Assembly: GCA_965648915.1 (NCBI GenBank)
Contig: CBFGIV010000009.1
Location: 1 to 62,402, forward strand
Direction: 5' to 3'
Length of the DNA stretch: 62,402 nt
Origin: a candidate division WOR-3 bacterium
GTDB taxonomy: Bacteria > Hydrothermota > Tepidihabitantia > SM23-42 > CAYGYG01
The notes beneath the pieces were generated by a model, which was not told where the DNA came from, did not search any database, and saw nothing but the letters and a program-made list of their open reading frames with translations. Positions 17,880 through 27,720 of this stretch are shown here, piece by piece. The position numbers were made by a program, and so were the translations under genes. Each line of letters opens with the position of its first letter. Positions within the stretch are counted from its first letter, which is position 1.

Positions 17880-19332
17880 AGAGTTATTTCGGAACATTGA
17901 TTTTACGGCGATACCAGAAAAGGGTATGAATGAAAAGATCTCCGGTATCAGTTACAATTCAAAAAATATCCAGTCCGGCTTTCTTTTTTTTGCCCTGCAG
18001 GGCTTCAGTCAGGATGGTCGCGCCTATATAAATGATGCAATAGCGAGAGGCGCGAAGGCAATCGTTACCGATTATGAATTTAATCAAAAGGTTCCGGTCC
18101 TGCACATCAAAGTAAATAATCCAAGGAAGATTCTCGGTATCGTATCAAATCGCTATTACGATGAGCCAGCCCGAAAACTCGAGATCGTCGGGATAACGGG
18201 GACCAATGGCAAGACGACCACCTCTTATTTGATAAAATCAATTTTTACCAGGGCAAACTTAAAATGTGGATTGATCGGAACTATTTACTATGATCTCGGA
18301 AGAGAAGAAATTACCGCAAAGAATACTACACCGGAGAGCCTCGATCTTTTTCTTCTCTTCAGTAAAATGGTTACAAATGGTATCACCCATGTGGTAATGG
18401 AGATATCGTCCCATGGTCTGGCCCTGAATCGGGTGGATGAGATACCGCTGGCGGTTGGTGTCTTCACAAATTTGACCCGCGATCATCTCGACTTTCATAA
18501 GACTTTTGCAGAGTATCGCAACGCCAAATTGCGACTTTTGAATTTAATACGCACCGACGGTACGGTCGTTTATAACCTGGAAGATCTCCTGGCTCAAGAT
18601 ATTAAAAGTCTATATCAGGGACATCGACTTGGTTATCGGCTTGAGGGAGAACCACAGAATAACAATGATTCCATTATTCAGGCATCAATTGAGTCAATCA
18701 CCGGTCAGGGAATAAAATTCACCATTCATTATAAAGGGAATAACTATCATATCGATTCGGCCCTGCTTGGTCGACACAACATCTATAATATCCTTGCTGC
18801 TTTTGGTGTGGGGATTGCCTTTGATATTGACCCGGAGATTATCGGCGCGGGAATTGGTGCGCTAAAATCGGTACCGGGCCGACTTACACCGGTGCCCAAC
18901 GATAAGGGGTTATCGGTCTTTATCGATTATGCCCATACCGAAGATGCATTAAAGCATGTGATCAGCGCAGTAAGGGAATTTACCCGTCGAAAAGTTATCG
19001 TCGTCTTTGGCTGCGGTGGCAATCGTGACCGGGGCAAGAGGCCCCTGATGGGAAGAATTGCAACGGAACTCGCTGATTTCGTGCTGATAACCAGTGACAA
19101 CCCGAGAGATGAGGACCCAGCATCGATCATCAAGGAAATTGTGCAAGGGATCAAGAGTAATAATTATCAGATCATTATCGATCGTGCCGAAGCAATCACC
19201 ACTGCCATCAAAATGGCTCAGCCGGGAGACAGTGTCATAATTGCCGGGAAGGGGCACGAATCCTATCAGATTGTCAAAGATGAGATCAGGCACTTTGATG
19301 ATTTTGAGGTCGCACAAAAATGTTTAAGTTGA
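17863..19332 (+). CDS. murE: MurE ligase, meso-DAP-type
   Basis: GITGTNGKTT, TTPES, NLTRDHLDFH, DYAHT, DNPR, AGKGHE. Confidence 0.95.
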   Translation: MLKDLKELFRNIDFTAIPEKGMNEKISGISYNSKNIQSGFLFFALQGFSQDGRAYINDAIARGAKAIVTDYEFNQKVPVLHIKVNNPRKILGIVSNRYYDEPARKLEIVGITGTNGKTTTSYLIKSIFTRANLKCGLIGTIYYDLGREEITAKNTTPESLDLFLLFSKMVTNGITHVVMEISSHGLALNRVDEIPLAVGVFTNLTRDHLDFHKTFAEYRNAKLRLLNLIRTDGTVVYNLEDLLAQDIKSLYQGHRLGYRLEGEPQNNNDSIIQASIESITGQGIKFTIHYKGNNYHIDSALLGRHNIYNILAAFGVGIAFDIDPEIIGAGIGALKSVPGRLTPVPNDKGLSVFIDYAHTEDALKHVISAVREFTRRKVIVVFGCGGNRDRGKRPLMGRIATELADFVLITSDNPRDEDPASIIKEIVQGIKSNNYQIIIDRAEAITTAIKMAQPGDSVIIAGKGHESYQIVKDEIRHFDDFEVAQKCLS

Positions 19333-20612
19333 GCGAAATTGCCTCCGCGTTACAGGGTCGGTTAGTCGGGCCTGATTGCGACAATATTGGCTCAATTACA
19401 ACCGATTCGCGTCAGGCCCGACCCGGGCAAATCTTCTTTGCCCTGAAAGGCAAAAACTTTGATGGTCATAACTTTGCCCTCGAGGCCTATCGCAAGACCA
19501 ACGCCCCGGTTATCGTCGAGCGCGAAATCAAAGATATCAGCCAACAGATAATCGTTGCTGACACACAGAAAGCACTCGGGCAACTCGCCAATTATTACCG
19601 AAAGAAATTCTCACCTCTGGTCATTGCAATCACGGGAACAAATGGTAAGACAACGACCAAAAATATTGTGGGCCAGATTTTAAGTATTAAAGACAAAACC
19701 CTCATCACCTCCGGGACAATGAACAATCAGATCGGCTTACCATTAACCCTGCTCCGTCTCACACCTGAGATCCGTTATTGTGTCCTTGAGATGGGAACCA
19801 ATTCCCCAGGTGAGATCGAACAACTCTGCAGGATTGCCCAACCCGATGTCGGGGTCTTGACCAATATCGGTTATGGCCATATCGGTGGTTTTAAAACCCG
19901 TAATGATCTGATAAAAGAGAAACTTTCCCTTATCGAAAATCTTCCCCCGCATTCGATTGCGGTGGTCAACGCGCGCATCAGTTACATTTATACCAATCAC
20001 CGGATTGTCACCTTTTCCCTCTATCGCAACGCCCATTACCATCCAACCCGGGTTATCCTGAATGAAACCGGGAGCATCTTCTATATTGGGAAAGACCGCT
20101 ACCAGACTCATCTCCTCGGCCGCGTTAATGTTGAAAATATCATCGGTTCAATCGCACTCACCACTGAACTGGGGGTTAAAAAAGAGATCCAGAAAACTGC
20201 AATCAGCGCCTTAAAACCTGAACCAATGCGCTTAGAACCCATCAGGATTAAAAATTATTTAATAATCAATGACTGCTATAATGCAAATCCCAATTCAGTA
20301 AAGGAAGCAATTCTGTTTATCTCACGATTAAAAAGACGCAGGATTGCCGTTCTTGGTGATATGCTGGAACTGGGAAGAATGTCGGTAAAACTTCATCGGA
20401 GGATTGGTGAATATGTCCGTAAACATATCGATCTGCTGATCACGATTGGTGACCAGGCAAAGCTCTTTCAGGGTATTCACTTTGACAACCGCTCCGAGGC
20501 AGTCGCATATCTCTTGGATAACCTCAAAGACAATGACCTGATTCTGTTTAAAGCGTCGCGGGCATTAAAAATGGAAGAACTTGTCAATCAGTTTATCGAA
20601 CATTTGCAGTAG
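19320..20612 (+). CDS. murF: MurF ligase
   Basis: TGTNGKTTTK, NNQIGLP, EMG, NDCYNANP, LGDMLELG, KASR. Confidence 0.95.
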   Translation: MFKLSEIASALQGRLVGPDCDNIGSITTDSRQARPGQIFFALKGKNFDGHNFALEAYRKTNAPVIVEREIKDISQQIIVADTQKALGQLANYYRKKFSPLVIAITGTNGKTTTKNIVGQILSIKDKTLITSGTMNNQIGLPLTLLRLTPEIRYCVLEMGTNSPGEIEQLCRIAQPDVGVLTNIGYGHIGGFKTRNDLIKEKLSLIENLPPHSIAVVNARISYIYTNHRIVTFSLYRNAHYHPTRVILNETGSIFYIGKDRYQTHLLGRVNVENIIGSIALTTELGVKKEIQKTAISALKPEPMRLEPIRIKNYLIINDCYNANPNSVKEAILFISRLKRRRIAVLGDMLELGRMSVKLHRRIGEYVRKHIDLLITIGDQAKLFQGIHFDNRSEAVAYLLDNLKDNDLILFKASRALKMEELVNQFIEHLQ

Positions 20613-20626
20613 AACAGGAGGCGACT

Positions 20627-21715
20627 TTGCTTTATCATTTAATCTATCCCCTGCGTGAAGTCTTCAGTCCATTGCGCCTCTTTGGTTATATAACCTTCCG
20701 TGCCGCCTATGCCGCAATCATCGCAATCCTTATTGCTATTATCCTAGGTCCGGTCGTAATCAGAATATTATCAGTTCGGAAGATCGGTCAAACAATTCGG
20801 GACGAGGTTCCTGACCGGCATAAACAGAAGGCGGGGACTCCCTCAATGGGCGGGATCCTGATCATATTTTCATTCCTGGTCCCGGTGTTACTCCTTGGTG
20901 ATCTCACGAATTCCAATATCCTTCTCCTGATCCTGGGCACGGTCTGGTTAGGCGCACTGGGTTTATATGATGATTACATCAAGATCTACCAGAAAAAACC
21001 CCGGGGATTGAATAAACGAACTAAGATCTTCTGGCAGGCACTGTATGGTTTCACTGTTGGCTTGATTCTCACCTTTTTACCGGTCGATCCGGACATTGCT
21101 ACCCGGACCAATTTCCTCTTCCTCAAAAATCTTATTGTTAACTTCGGTCTCTTCTATCCATTATTTGTTGCCCTGGTAATCGTTGGTGCTTCCAATGCGG
21201 TTAATCTGACCGATGGACTCGACGGACTGGCCATCGGTCTGGTCGGGATTGCCGCCTCGGGCTATGCTGTGCTTGCCTATGTTACCGGTCATACCGGTCT
21301 GAGTAAATACTTAAACATTATCTTCGTCAGCAATGCTGGAGAAATTACCATATTCACCGCCTCCATCCTCGGCGCTGCCCTCGGCTTTTTATGGTTTAAT
21401 GCCTTTCCCGCCCAGGTCTTTATGGGTGATGTTGGTTCATTAACTCTTGGTGGTCTGATTGGCACTACTGCAGTCTTAATTAAGCATGAATTTCTTCTTA
21501 TTCTGATTGGCGGTGTTTTTGTGGTTGAGGCAGTAACTGTTATTCTTCAGGTAATTTACTTTCGTGCCACCCGTGGTAAGAGACTATTTCGCATGGCGCC
21601 CCTCCACCATCATCTCGAACTCGCGGGCTGGGCCGAGCCCAAGATAACTGTTCGCCTCTGGATCCTCGAAATCATCTTTGTCCTTTTAGCCCTTTCAACG
21701 TTAAAACTAAGATGA
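20627..21715 (+). CDS. mraY: Phospho-MurNAc-pentapeptide transferase
   Basis: KAGTPSMGG, SNAVNLTDGLDGL, FMGDVGSL, MAPLHHHLE. Confidence 0.97.
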   Translation: MLYHLIYPLREVFSPLRLFGYITFRAAYAAIIAILIAIILGPVVIRILSVRKIGQTIRDEVPDRHKQKAGTPSMGGILIIFSFLVPVLLLGDLTNSNILLLILGTVWLGALGLYDDYIKIYQKKPRGLNKRTKIFWQALYGFTVGLILTFLPVDPDIATRTNFLFLKNLIVNFGLFYPLFVALVIVGASNAVNLTDGLDGLAIGLVGIAASGYAVLAYVTGHTGLSKYLNIIFVSNAGEITIFTASILGAALGFLWFNAFPAQVFMGDVGSLTLGGLIGTTAVLIKHEFLLILIGGVFVVEAVTVILQVIYFRATRGKRLFRMAPLHHHLELAGWAEPKITVRLWILEIIFVLLALSTLKLR

Positions 21716-23040
21716 AAAAAATCTTAATCCTCGGTCTCGGACGAGCAACAAAGAACATAGTTAAATTCCTTCTCGACAAAGAAATTGATCTCTACGCCTA
21801 TGAAGAGAAGCCCCCAGCAATGGTCGATCCAGAAATTCGTGGACTATTATTGGACAAAAAGATTAAGCCATTAGCAAAGATTAACAATCTGGATCTGGTT
21901 ATTACCAGCCCCGGTTTCAGCGAAGATAAAGAAATTGTAAGAAATATAAGAAAAAAGAAAATCCCGATCATCGATGAGATTGAATTTACCTATCGCTCAA
22001 TCAACGATAAAATCATTGCTGTCACCGGGACCAATGGTAAAAGTACAACGACTGCACTTATTGCCCATATTCTCAATGCGGCCGGGGAAAAATGCTTTCT
22101 CGGCGGGAACCTCGCTCCGGGCAAGCCCTTCTCTTGCGCCCTCTTAGAGCCTAAATATAAATATTATGTGCTCGAGATCTCGAGTTTCCAACTGGAAAGG
22201 ATCGACCGTTTTACTCCCTGGATTGCTGTACTCACCAATATTACTGCTGATCACCTTGATCGACACAAGACTATCGATGAGTATATCGATCTGAAATTTC
22301 GTATATTTAAAAATCAGCAGGAGAGCAATTTTGCGGTCCTGAATTATGATGATCTGATCACACGTTCAAGATCGGATGCAATCCGGGCACAGAAAGTCTA
22401 TTTTTCTAAAGAAGACATAGTTGATGGTATCTATTATCAAGACGGCAAGATTTATAACCGGGGCAATTTTATGATTGATGTTCAGGATTTACCGCTACCG
22501 GGTATGCATAATGTAGAGAATGTGATGGCGGCTACTTCGGTAGCACACATTATCGGCATTGATGATCGATCCATTGTACCTGCACTCATGACATTCACGG
22601 GTCTGCCCCACCGCCTCGAGATTGTTGCCAAAATTAACAATATCACATTTATCAACAACTCAATGTGTACCAATCCAACCGCCGCGGTCGCTTCGTTCAA
22701 GGCGGTAAAAGGGGAAAAGGTCGTAATCCTCGGTGGTTATGAAAAGAATCTCGAAAGTAAATCTTATCTCGATCTCGTAATTGCCCAGGCATCGGGAGTG
22801 GTCATCATTGGTGCGAATAAAGAAGATCTGGCTGACTATTTCAAGAAACACGGTTTTAAAGATTATACCGTGGTCAACGATATGTATGAGGCCGTCACCA
22901 GAGCACTACAAATTGTCCCCCCAGGGGGCACCGTCCTGCTCAATCCTGGTTTTGCCTCGTTCGGTGATTTCAAAGATTTTGAAGAGAGAGGTGAGGTATT
23001 TAAAGATGCCGTTAGAAAAGCCATTGGAAAAGCCAGATAG
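21712..23040 (+). CDS. murD: MurD ligase
   Basis: AVTGTNGKSTT, GGN, LEISSFQL, DHLDRH, GLPHRLE, FEERGEVF. Confidence 0.95.
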   Translation: MKKILILGLGRATKNIVKFLLDKEIDLYAYEEKPPAMVDPEIRGLLLDKKIKPLAKINNLDLVITSPGFSEDKEIVRNIRKKKIPIIDEIEFTYRSINDKIIAVTGTNGKSTTTALIAHILNAAGEKCFLGGNLAPGKPFSCALLEPKYKYYVLEISSFQLERIDRFTPWIAVLTNITADHLDRHKTIDEYIDLKFRIFKNQQESNFAVLNYDDLITRSRSDAIRAQKVYFSKEDIVDGIYYQDGKIYNRGNFMIDVQDLPLPGMHNVENVMAATSVAHIIGIDDRSIVPALMTFTGLPHRLEIVAKINNITFINNSMCTNPTAAVASFKAVKGEKVVILGGYEKNLESKSYLDLVIAQASGVVIIGANKEDLADYFKKHGFKDYTVVNDMYEAVTRALQIVPPGGTVLLNPGFASFGDFKDFEERGEVFKDAVRKAIGKAR

Positions 23041-24082
23041 TGTCTATCTGCTGATCATCTTCTTTCTTTTAGGACTCGGGGTGGTTGCGGTATTTTCGAG
23101 TTCTTTCTACTATGCCTGGGCTCGGGGTCAAAATAGTGAATTTTATTATATGCGGAGTCATCTTATCAAACTGGCTATCGGCCTTATCCTCTTTTTCGTA
23201 GTGATGAATATACCTTACAAGAGGCTTAAGCCTTTCATATTTGTTGGTTATATACTGATCCTTCTTGGATTGATTCTGACCCTCATCCTGGGACATAAAT
23301 CCTATGGCGCACGACGCTGGCTCTTCAACCTCCAGGTCTCCGAGTTTGCCAAAATCTGGCTCATTGTCTATCTCGCCTCTTTCTTAACCCGCCATAAAGA
23401 AGTCATCAATAGTTTCCGAAAGACGATCCTGCCCGGTTTACTGATCATCGGTCCGGTCATAATTCTGATCCTGATTGAACCTTCATTCTCTATGGCTTCA
23501 CTTCTGATATTTGTCACCGGGCTCCTCTTCTTCACCGCCGGGCTAAAGTGGCGCTACTTCTGTCTTGGAATGATAATTGTCTTAAGTGCGCTCACTCTCC
23601 TTTACCTCTCCTATCCCCATGCGCGACTTCGTCTTGCTTCTTTGTTTGGCGGACAGACCGCATATCAAATAAAGCAGTCGCTCATCGCCATCGGCTCGGG
23701 CGGGCTTTTGGGTACTGGCCCGGGTGGAGGTCGACAGAAATTTCTCTTCTTACCCTGTCCCTATAACGATTTCATCTTCGCCTCAGTTGCCGAAGAGTTT
23801 GGATTTTTAGGTAGCATCTTCATTCTTGGCATCTATCTCTATCTCTATCGACGCGGCATCAGAATTGCACGATTCGTCGAGGATGACTTTGGTCGTTATC
23901 TTGTCCTTGGATTCTCCTATTTGATCTTTGTCTATTTCCTTTGCCACGTCAGTGTTTCTCTCGGAATTCTTCCGCCTACTGGTCTACCTTTACCCTTTTT
24001 GAGCTTCGGTGGTTCAGCCCTGATTTCCAACCTGATTGGTGCTGGCCTGGTGTTAAATGTTTCACGCTGGAGGATTGATTGA
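23006..24082 (+). CDS. ftsW: SEDS family peptidoglycan polymerase FtsW
   Basis: GARRW, QVSEFAK, YQIKQSLIAIGSGG, DFIF, TGLPLPFLSFGGS; start probably ATG 23006 rather than 22781. Confidence 0.92.
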   Translation: MPLEKPLEKPDSVYLLIIFFLLGLGVVAVFSSSFYYAWARGQNSEFYYMRSHLIKLAIGLILFFVVMNIPYKRLKPFIFVGYILILLGLILTLILGHKSYGARRWLFNLQVSEFAKIWLIVYLASFLTRHKEVINSFRKTILPGLLIIGPVIILILIEPSFSMASLLIFVTGLLFFTAGLKWRYFCLGMIIVLSALTLLYLSYPHARLRLASLFGGQTAYQIKQSLIAIGSGGLLGTGPGGGRQKFLFLPCPYNDFIFASVAEEFGFLGSIFILGIYLYLYRRGIRIARFVEDDFGRYLVLGFSYLIFVYFLCHVSVSLGILPPTGLPLPFLSFGGSALISNLIGAGLVLNVSRWRID

Positions 24083-25125
24083 AGATACTCATCACCGCAA
24101 TCGGTACGGGTGGACATATCTTCCCGGCAATTGAAGTAGCTCACGACTTAACCCGGATGGGTGTCCAGGTTATCCTGCTCGTGCGCCCGGGCCGCATTGA
24201 AGACCAGATTCTCCAGAAAGTTACCTATCGAAAATTCTATATCAAGGCATTTGGTTTTGCGGGAAAAGATCTCATCACCCGGTTTAAATCTATTCTTTCT
24301 TTGATCTTCTCAGTCCTGCGCCTCAATGTCTTTATGAAGTCAGAAAATATCAAAGGGGTCTTTGGTACCGGTGGTTTTGGTATGATGCCGGCGATACTGG
24401 CTGCCATCTGGCGTCGCATACCTTTTTATATCCTGGAGTTGAATCGAATCCCGGGTCTGGTTACGAGATTGGTGTCCAGATTTGCCACCCTTACCTACCT
24501 TGCCTTTCCGCTGGAGCGACCGATCCCTGGGCGGACCCTTTTGGTCGGCGTTCCTATCCGGAGTGAATTCAGGAATGTAAGTTATCAACCTCGGGCTCGT
24601 AAGATAACAGTCCTCGGAGGCAGTCAGGGTGCTCGAAGACTTAATGAAATAACCATCCAGCTGGCTGAGCAGAGACCGGATCTGCAATTTATAATCATAA
24701 CCGGTACACGCGATTATGCCTCCCTGATCCAGAAATCATCAGGTAAAAATATCGAATTGGTCAGTTTTACCGATCGACCCTGGGAATATCTGAAGGATTC
24801 AACTCTGGCGATCTCACGCAGTGGCAGTAATACCATTTATGAACTTTTGACCCTTGGTATCCCGATGATCCTGATTCCTTTCCCCTATGCGATCTATGAC
24901 CATCAAACTGCCAATGCCCGCTATCTCGAAGTTAATGGTGCTGCTGTCGTCATCTTAGAACAGGAACTTAATGTTGAACGCCTTAATAGAACAATCGATC
25001 ACCTCCTGACCAATGGTAATCATCTTCAGAAGATGCGTACACAGGCCCGAAGACTTGTCCTGCATAATTCGGCATCAAGAATCGCCTGCCGGATATTAGG
25101 TGAAGATAGATATCTTCAGGAGTAA
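24079..25125 (+). CDS. murG: MurG GlcNAc transferase
   Basis: GTGGHIFP, GTGGF, GGSQGA, HQTANA. Confidence 0.95.
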   Translation: MKILITAIGTGGHIFPAIEVAHDLTRMGVQVILLVRPGRIEDQILQKVTYRKFYIKAFGFAGKDLITRFKSILSLIFSVLRLNVFMKSENIKGVFGTGGFGMMPAILAAIWRRIPFYILELNRIPGLVTRLVSRFATLTYLAFPLERPIPGRTLLVGVPIRSEFRNVSYQPRARKITVLGGSQGARRLNEITIQLAEQRPDLQFIIITGTRDYASLIQKSSGKNIELVSFTDRPWEYLKDSTLAISRSGSNTIYELLTLGIPMILIPFPYAIYDHQTANARYLEVNGAAVVILEQELNVERLNRTIDHLLTNGNHLQKMRTQARRLVLHNSASRIACRILGEDRYLQE

Positions 25126-25127
25126 AT

Positions 25128-26498
25128 ATGTTTGGTAAAGTAAAAAGGCTCCATTTTATTGGTATCGGTGGTATTGGAATGTCTGGCCTGGCCTTGATAA
25201 TGAAAAATTTGGGGTTCGAAGTCACCGGTTCAGATATTAAACGCTCAGAAACAACCGAGATGCTAACAAAGACTGGTATCAAGATAACTTATGAACATAA
25301 AAAGGAAAATATCTCAGAATGTGATACCGTCATCTATTCATCAGCAATCGACCAATCGAACCCGGAACTGGTTGAAGCCCGCAAGCGAAATTTAACTGTC
25401 GTCCCGCGAGGGGAAATGCTTGCCGAGTTAATGCGGATGAAAATCGGTATTGCGATTTCCGGGACACACGGCAAGACAACGACCACTTCTATCGTTGGCC
25501 GGATTCTTGAAAATGGCGGTCTGGAACCGACCATAATCGTGGGTGGGATTGTGAAAAACGGCAGTAACGCCTCATTAGGCAAGGGTCAATACCTGGTCTG
25601 CGAGGCAGATGAAAGCGACAAGTCCTTTCTCTTCCTTAACCCTTCCTATGCAGTCATAACCAATATCGAGGCTGAACATCTCGATTATTATAAAGACCTT
25701 GAAGAAATCAAGGAACACTTCATAACTTTTGCCAATCGTGTTCCATTCTGGGGTTGTGTCTTCCTCTGCAATGAACATCCGGTCAACCTGAAAATCAAAG
25801 ACAAAATCACGCGCCGTACCCTCACCTACGGTTTTAATGCTGCCTCGAACATCGTTGGAAAAAATCTAATTTACACAGCCTGGGGCAGTCGGTTCACGGT
25901 TGAGGCTTCAGGTGTCGAACTGGGTACAGTCGAACTTAATATCCCTGGTAATCATAATATCCTGAATGCACTGGCGGGTATCGGTGTCGGCTTGGAATTG
26001 GGGATTGAATTTGCAAAGATTGCCTCAGCCCTCAAGACCTTCTCCGGAGTCCATCGTCGACTGGAGTTAATTGGCGAAGTTAATAATATAAAAATCTTCG
26101 ATGACTATGGCCATCATCCCACTGAGATTGCGGTTACACTTGAAACTCTACGTCGTTATCTTCCCCAGGGGCGAATAATTACTATCTTCCAGCCCCACCG
26201 CTATACCCGGACCTACCATCTTATCGACCAGTTTGCAAAATCGTTCTTTGCCACTGACCTGCTTATTGTAACTGAGATCTATGCAGCCAGTGAGAAGCCC
26301 ATCCCGGGAATTAATGGGGAAGTCCTGGCCAAACGAATCCGCCGCGCGCACGACGCCGTCTTATATTTTAAGGATTTCAACCAGATCCTTGATTATATTA
26401 AGAAAGAAATAAAACCGGGAGATATTATCATAACCCTCGGTGCAGGTAATATATGGCAGATCGGAAAAGAATTATTAAATTACTTAAAGGCAAAATAA
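25128..26498 (+). CDS. murC: MurC ligase
   Basis: HFIGIGGIGMSG, GTHGKTTT, EADESD, DDYGHHPTEI, FQPHRYTRT. Confidence 0.97.
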   Translation: MFGKVKRLHFIGIGGIGMSGLALIMKNLGFEVTGSDIKRSETTEMLTKTGIKITYEHKKENISECDTVIYSSAIDQSNPELVEARKRNLTVVPRGEMLAELMRMKIGIAISGTHGKTTTTSIVGRILENGGLEPTIIVGGIVKNGSNASLGKGQYLVCEADESDKSFLFLNPSYAVITNIEAEHLDYYKDLEEIKEHFITFANRVPFWGCVFLCNEHPVNLKIKDKITRRTLTYGFNAASNIVGKNLIYTAWGSRFTVEASGVELGTVELNIPGNHNILNALAGIGVGLELGIEFAKIASALKTFSGVHRRLELIGEVNNIKIFDDYGHHPTEIAVTLETLRRYLPQGRIITIFQPHRYTRTYHLIDQFAKSFFATDLLIVTEIYAASEKPIPGINGEVLAKRIRRAHDAVLYFKDFNQILDYIKKEIKPGDIIITLGAGNIWQIGKELLNYLKAK

Positions 26499-27355
26499 AG
26501 GGCCGTATTCGTCAAGGGGTTAAGATCGGACCACTTACCTCTTTCGGTATAGGTGGCCCCGCTCGTTATCTTATTGATGTCTATGACCTTAAATCACTAC
26601 TGACCGTACTCCGTGTACTCAAAGAGCAAAAGATAAAAGTATTTCTCCTGGGTCAGGGAACAAATATCTTGGTGTCTGATCGTGGTTTTAATGGTGCTGT
26701 TATCAGGCTGAAGGGTAGTTTTACTAAGATCGAACACCGGGGCAACTTATTAATTGCGGGCGCTGGTGCCCGACTCATCGATGTTGTTAAAACCGCTCAC
26801 CACGCTGGACTCAGCGGGCTGGAATTTGCCATTGGTATCCCTGGGTCAGTCGGTGGTGCTCTGAAGATGAATGCCGGCGCCTTTGGTGAATCAATTGGCC
26901 CCTGCGTAAAAAAATTGTGGGCGGTAGATGGTAATCTTATGCATAAATGCTATAGCAAAAGGGAATTAAAATTTGCTTACCGTTCTTCCAATATCGGTAA
27001 GAATACAATCATTACTCGGGCAGTCTTAAAACTCAAACCCGCCGCCCGGACGGAAATTTGTGCTCGTGAGGAATATCTTCAGAAATATCGGTGGGCGCAC
27101 CAGCCGCGCGGTAAGAGTGCCGGTTCAATATTTAAGAATCCGAAAACCATTAGTGCCGGGAGATTGATTGAAGAATGCGGGCTCAAGGGAAAACGGATTG
27201 GTGATGCGGTTATCTCCGAGAAACACGCCAATTTTATTATCAACTGTGGAAAGGCCCGGGCCCGGGATGTAAAAAGGCTGATCCAACTTATCAAAGATCG
27301 GGTCTATAAATTAAAAAAAGTAAAACTTACCGAGGAGGTCATATTATTAGACTGA
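26453..27355 (+). CDS. murB: UDP-N-acetylenolpyruvoylglucosamine reductase
   Basis: GIGGPA, GIPGSVGGALKMNAGA, SAGSIFKNP, KHANFIIN. Confidence 0.95.
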   Translation: MADRKRIIKLLKGKIKGRIRQGVKIGPLTSFGIGGPARYLIDVYDLKSLLTVLRVLKEQKIKVFLLGQGTNILVSDRGFNGAVIRLKGSFTKIEHRGNLLIAGAGARLIDVVKTAHHAGLSGLEFAIGIPGSVGGALKMNAGAFGESIGPCVKKLWAVDGNLMHKCYSKRELKFAYRSSNIGKNTIITRAVLKLKPAARTEICAREEYLQKYRWAHQPRGKSAGSIFKNPKTISAGRLIEECGLKGKRIGDAVISEKHANFIINCGKARARDVKRLIQLIKDRVYKLKKVKLTEEVILLD

Positions 27356-27363
27356 TTATCATC

Positions 27364-27651
27364 GTGCTGATGCTTATTATCGTCTTTGTCCTTTTTTCGG
27401 CGGTTCAGATTCGAAGAAACCGGATGGCTGCCTATCTCGACCAATCGGACCTGATTGCAACTTACTCATTAAATACGATCGATTCATCATCGGGAATTTA
27501 CGAATACGCGGGCAAGAGGCTTATTATCGGTGGCGGTAATCTCGTTGAAAGGAAAAAACTCATTGATAGCCTCCACCTGCTCGACCTGCCCCCTGATTTT
27601 GAGATCGATCTCAGGTTTAAGAATCAGATAATCCTGAAGAAAATAGAATGA
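27364..27651 (+). CDS. Miniature FtsQ/DivIB-like protein
   Basis: Located between murB and ftsA; TM helix; C-terminal EIDLRFKNQII motif; no room for a POTRA domain. Confidence 0.6.
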   Translation: MLMLIIVFVLFSAVQIRRNRMAAYLDQSDLIATYSLNTIDSSSGIYEYAGKRLIIGGGNLVERKKLIDSLHLLDLPPDFEIDLRFKNQIILKKIE

Positions 27652-27720
27652 ATAAAAAGTCAACCATTATAAACATTTCTTATATTTTGTTCTTTAGTCT
27701 ATCATTGCCAAGGAGGTGTT

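Noticed and set aside
22781..23005. N-terminal extensions in the ORF track for ftsW (also mraZ, the GlmU-like gene, HD-GYP, PAC2)
   Set aside because: They overlap upstream genes or the promoters themselves; downstream ATGs fit better
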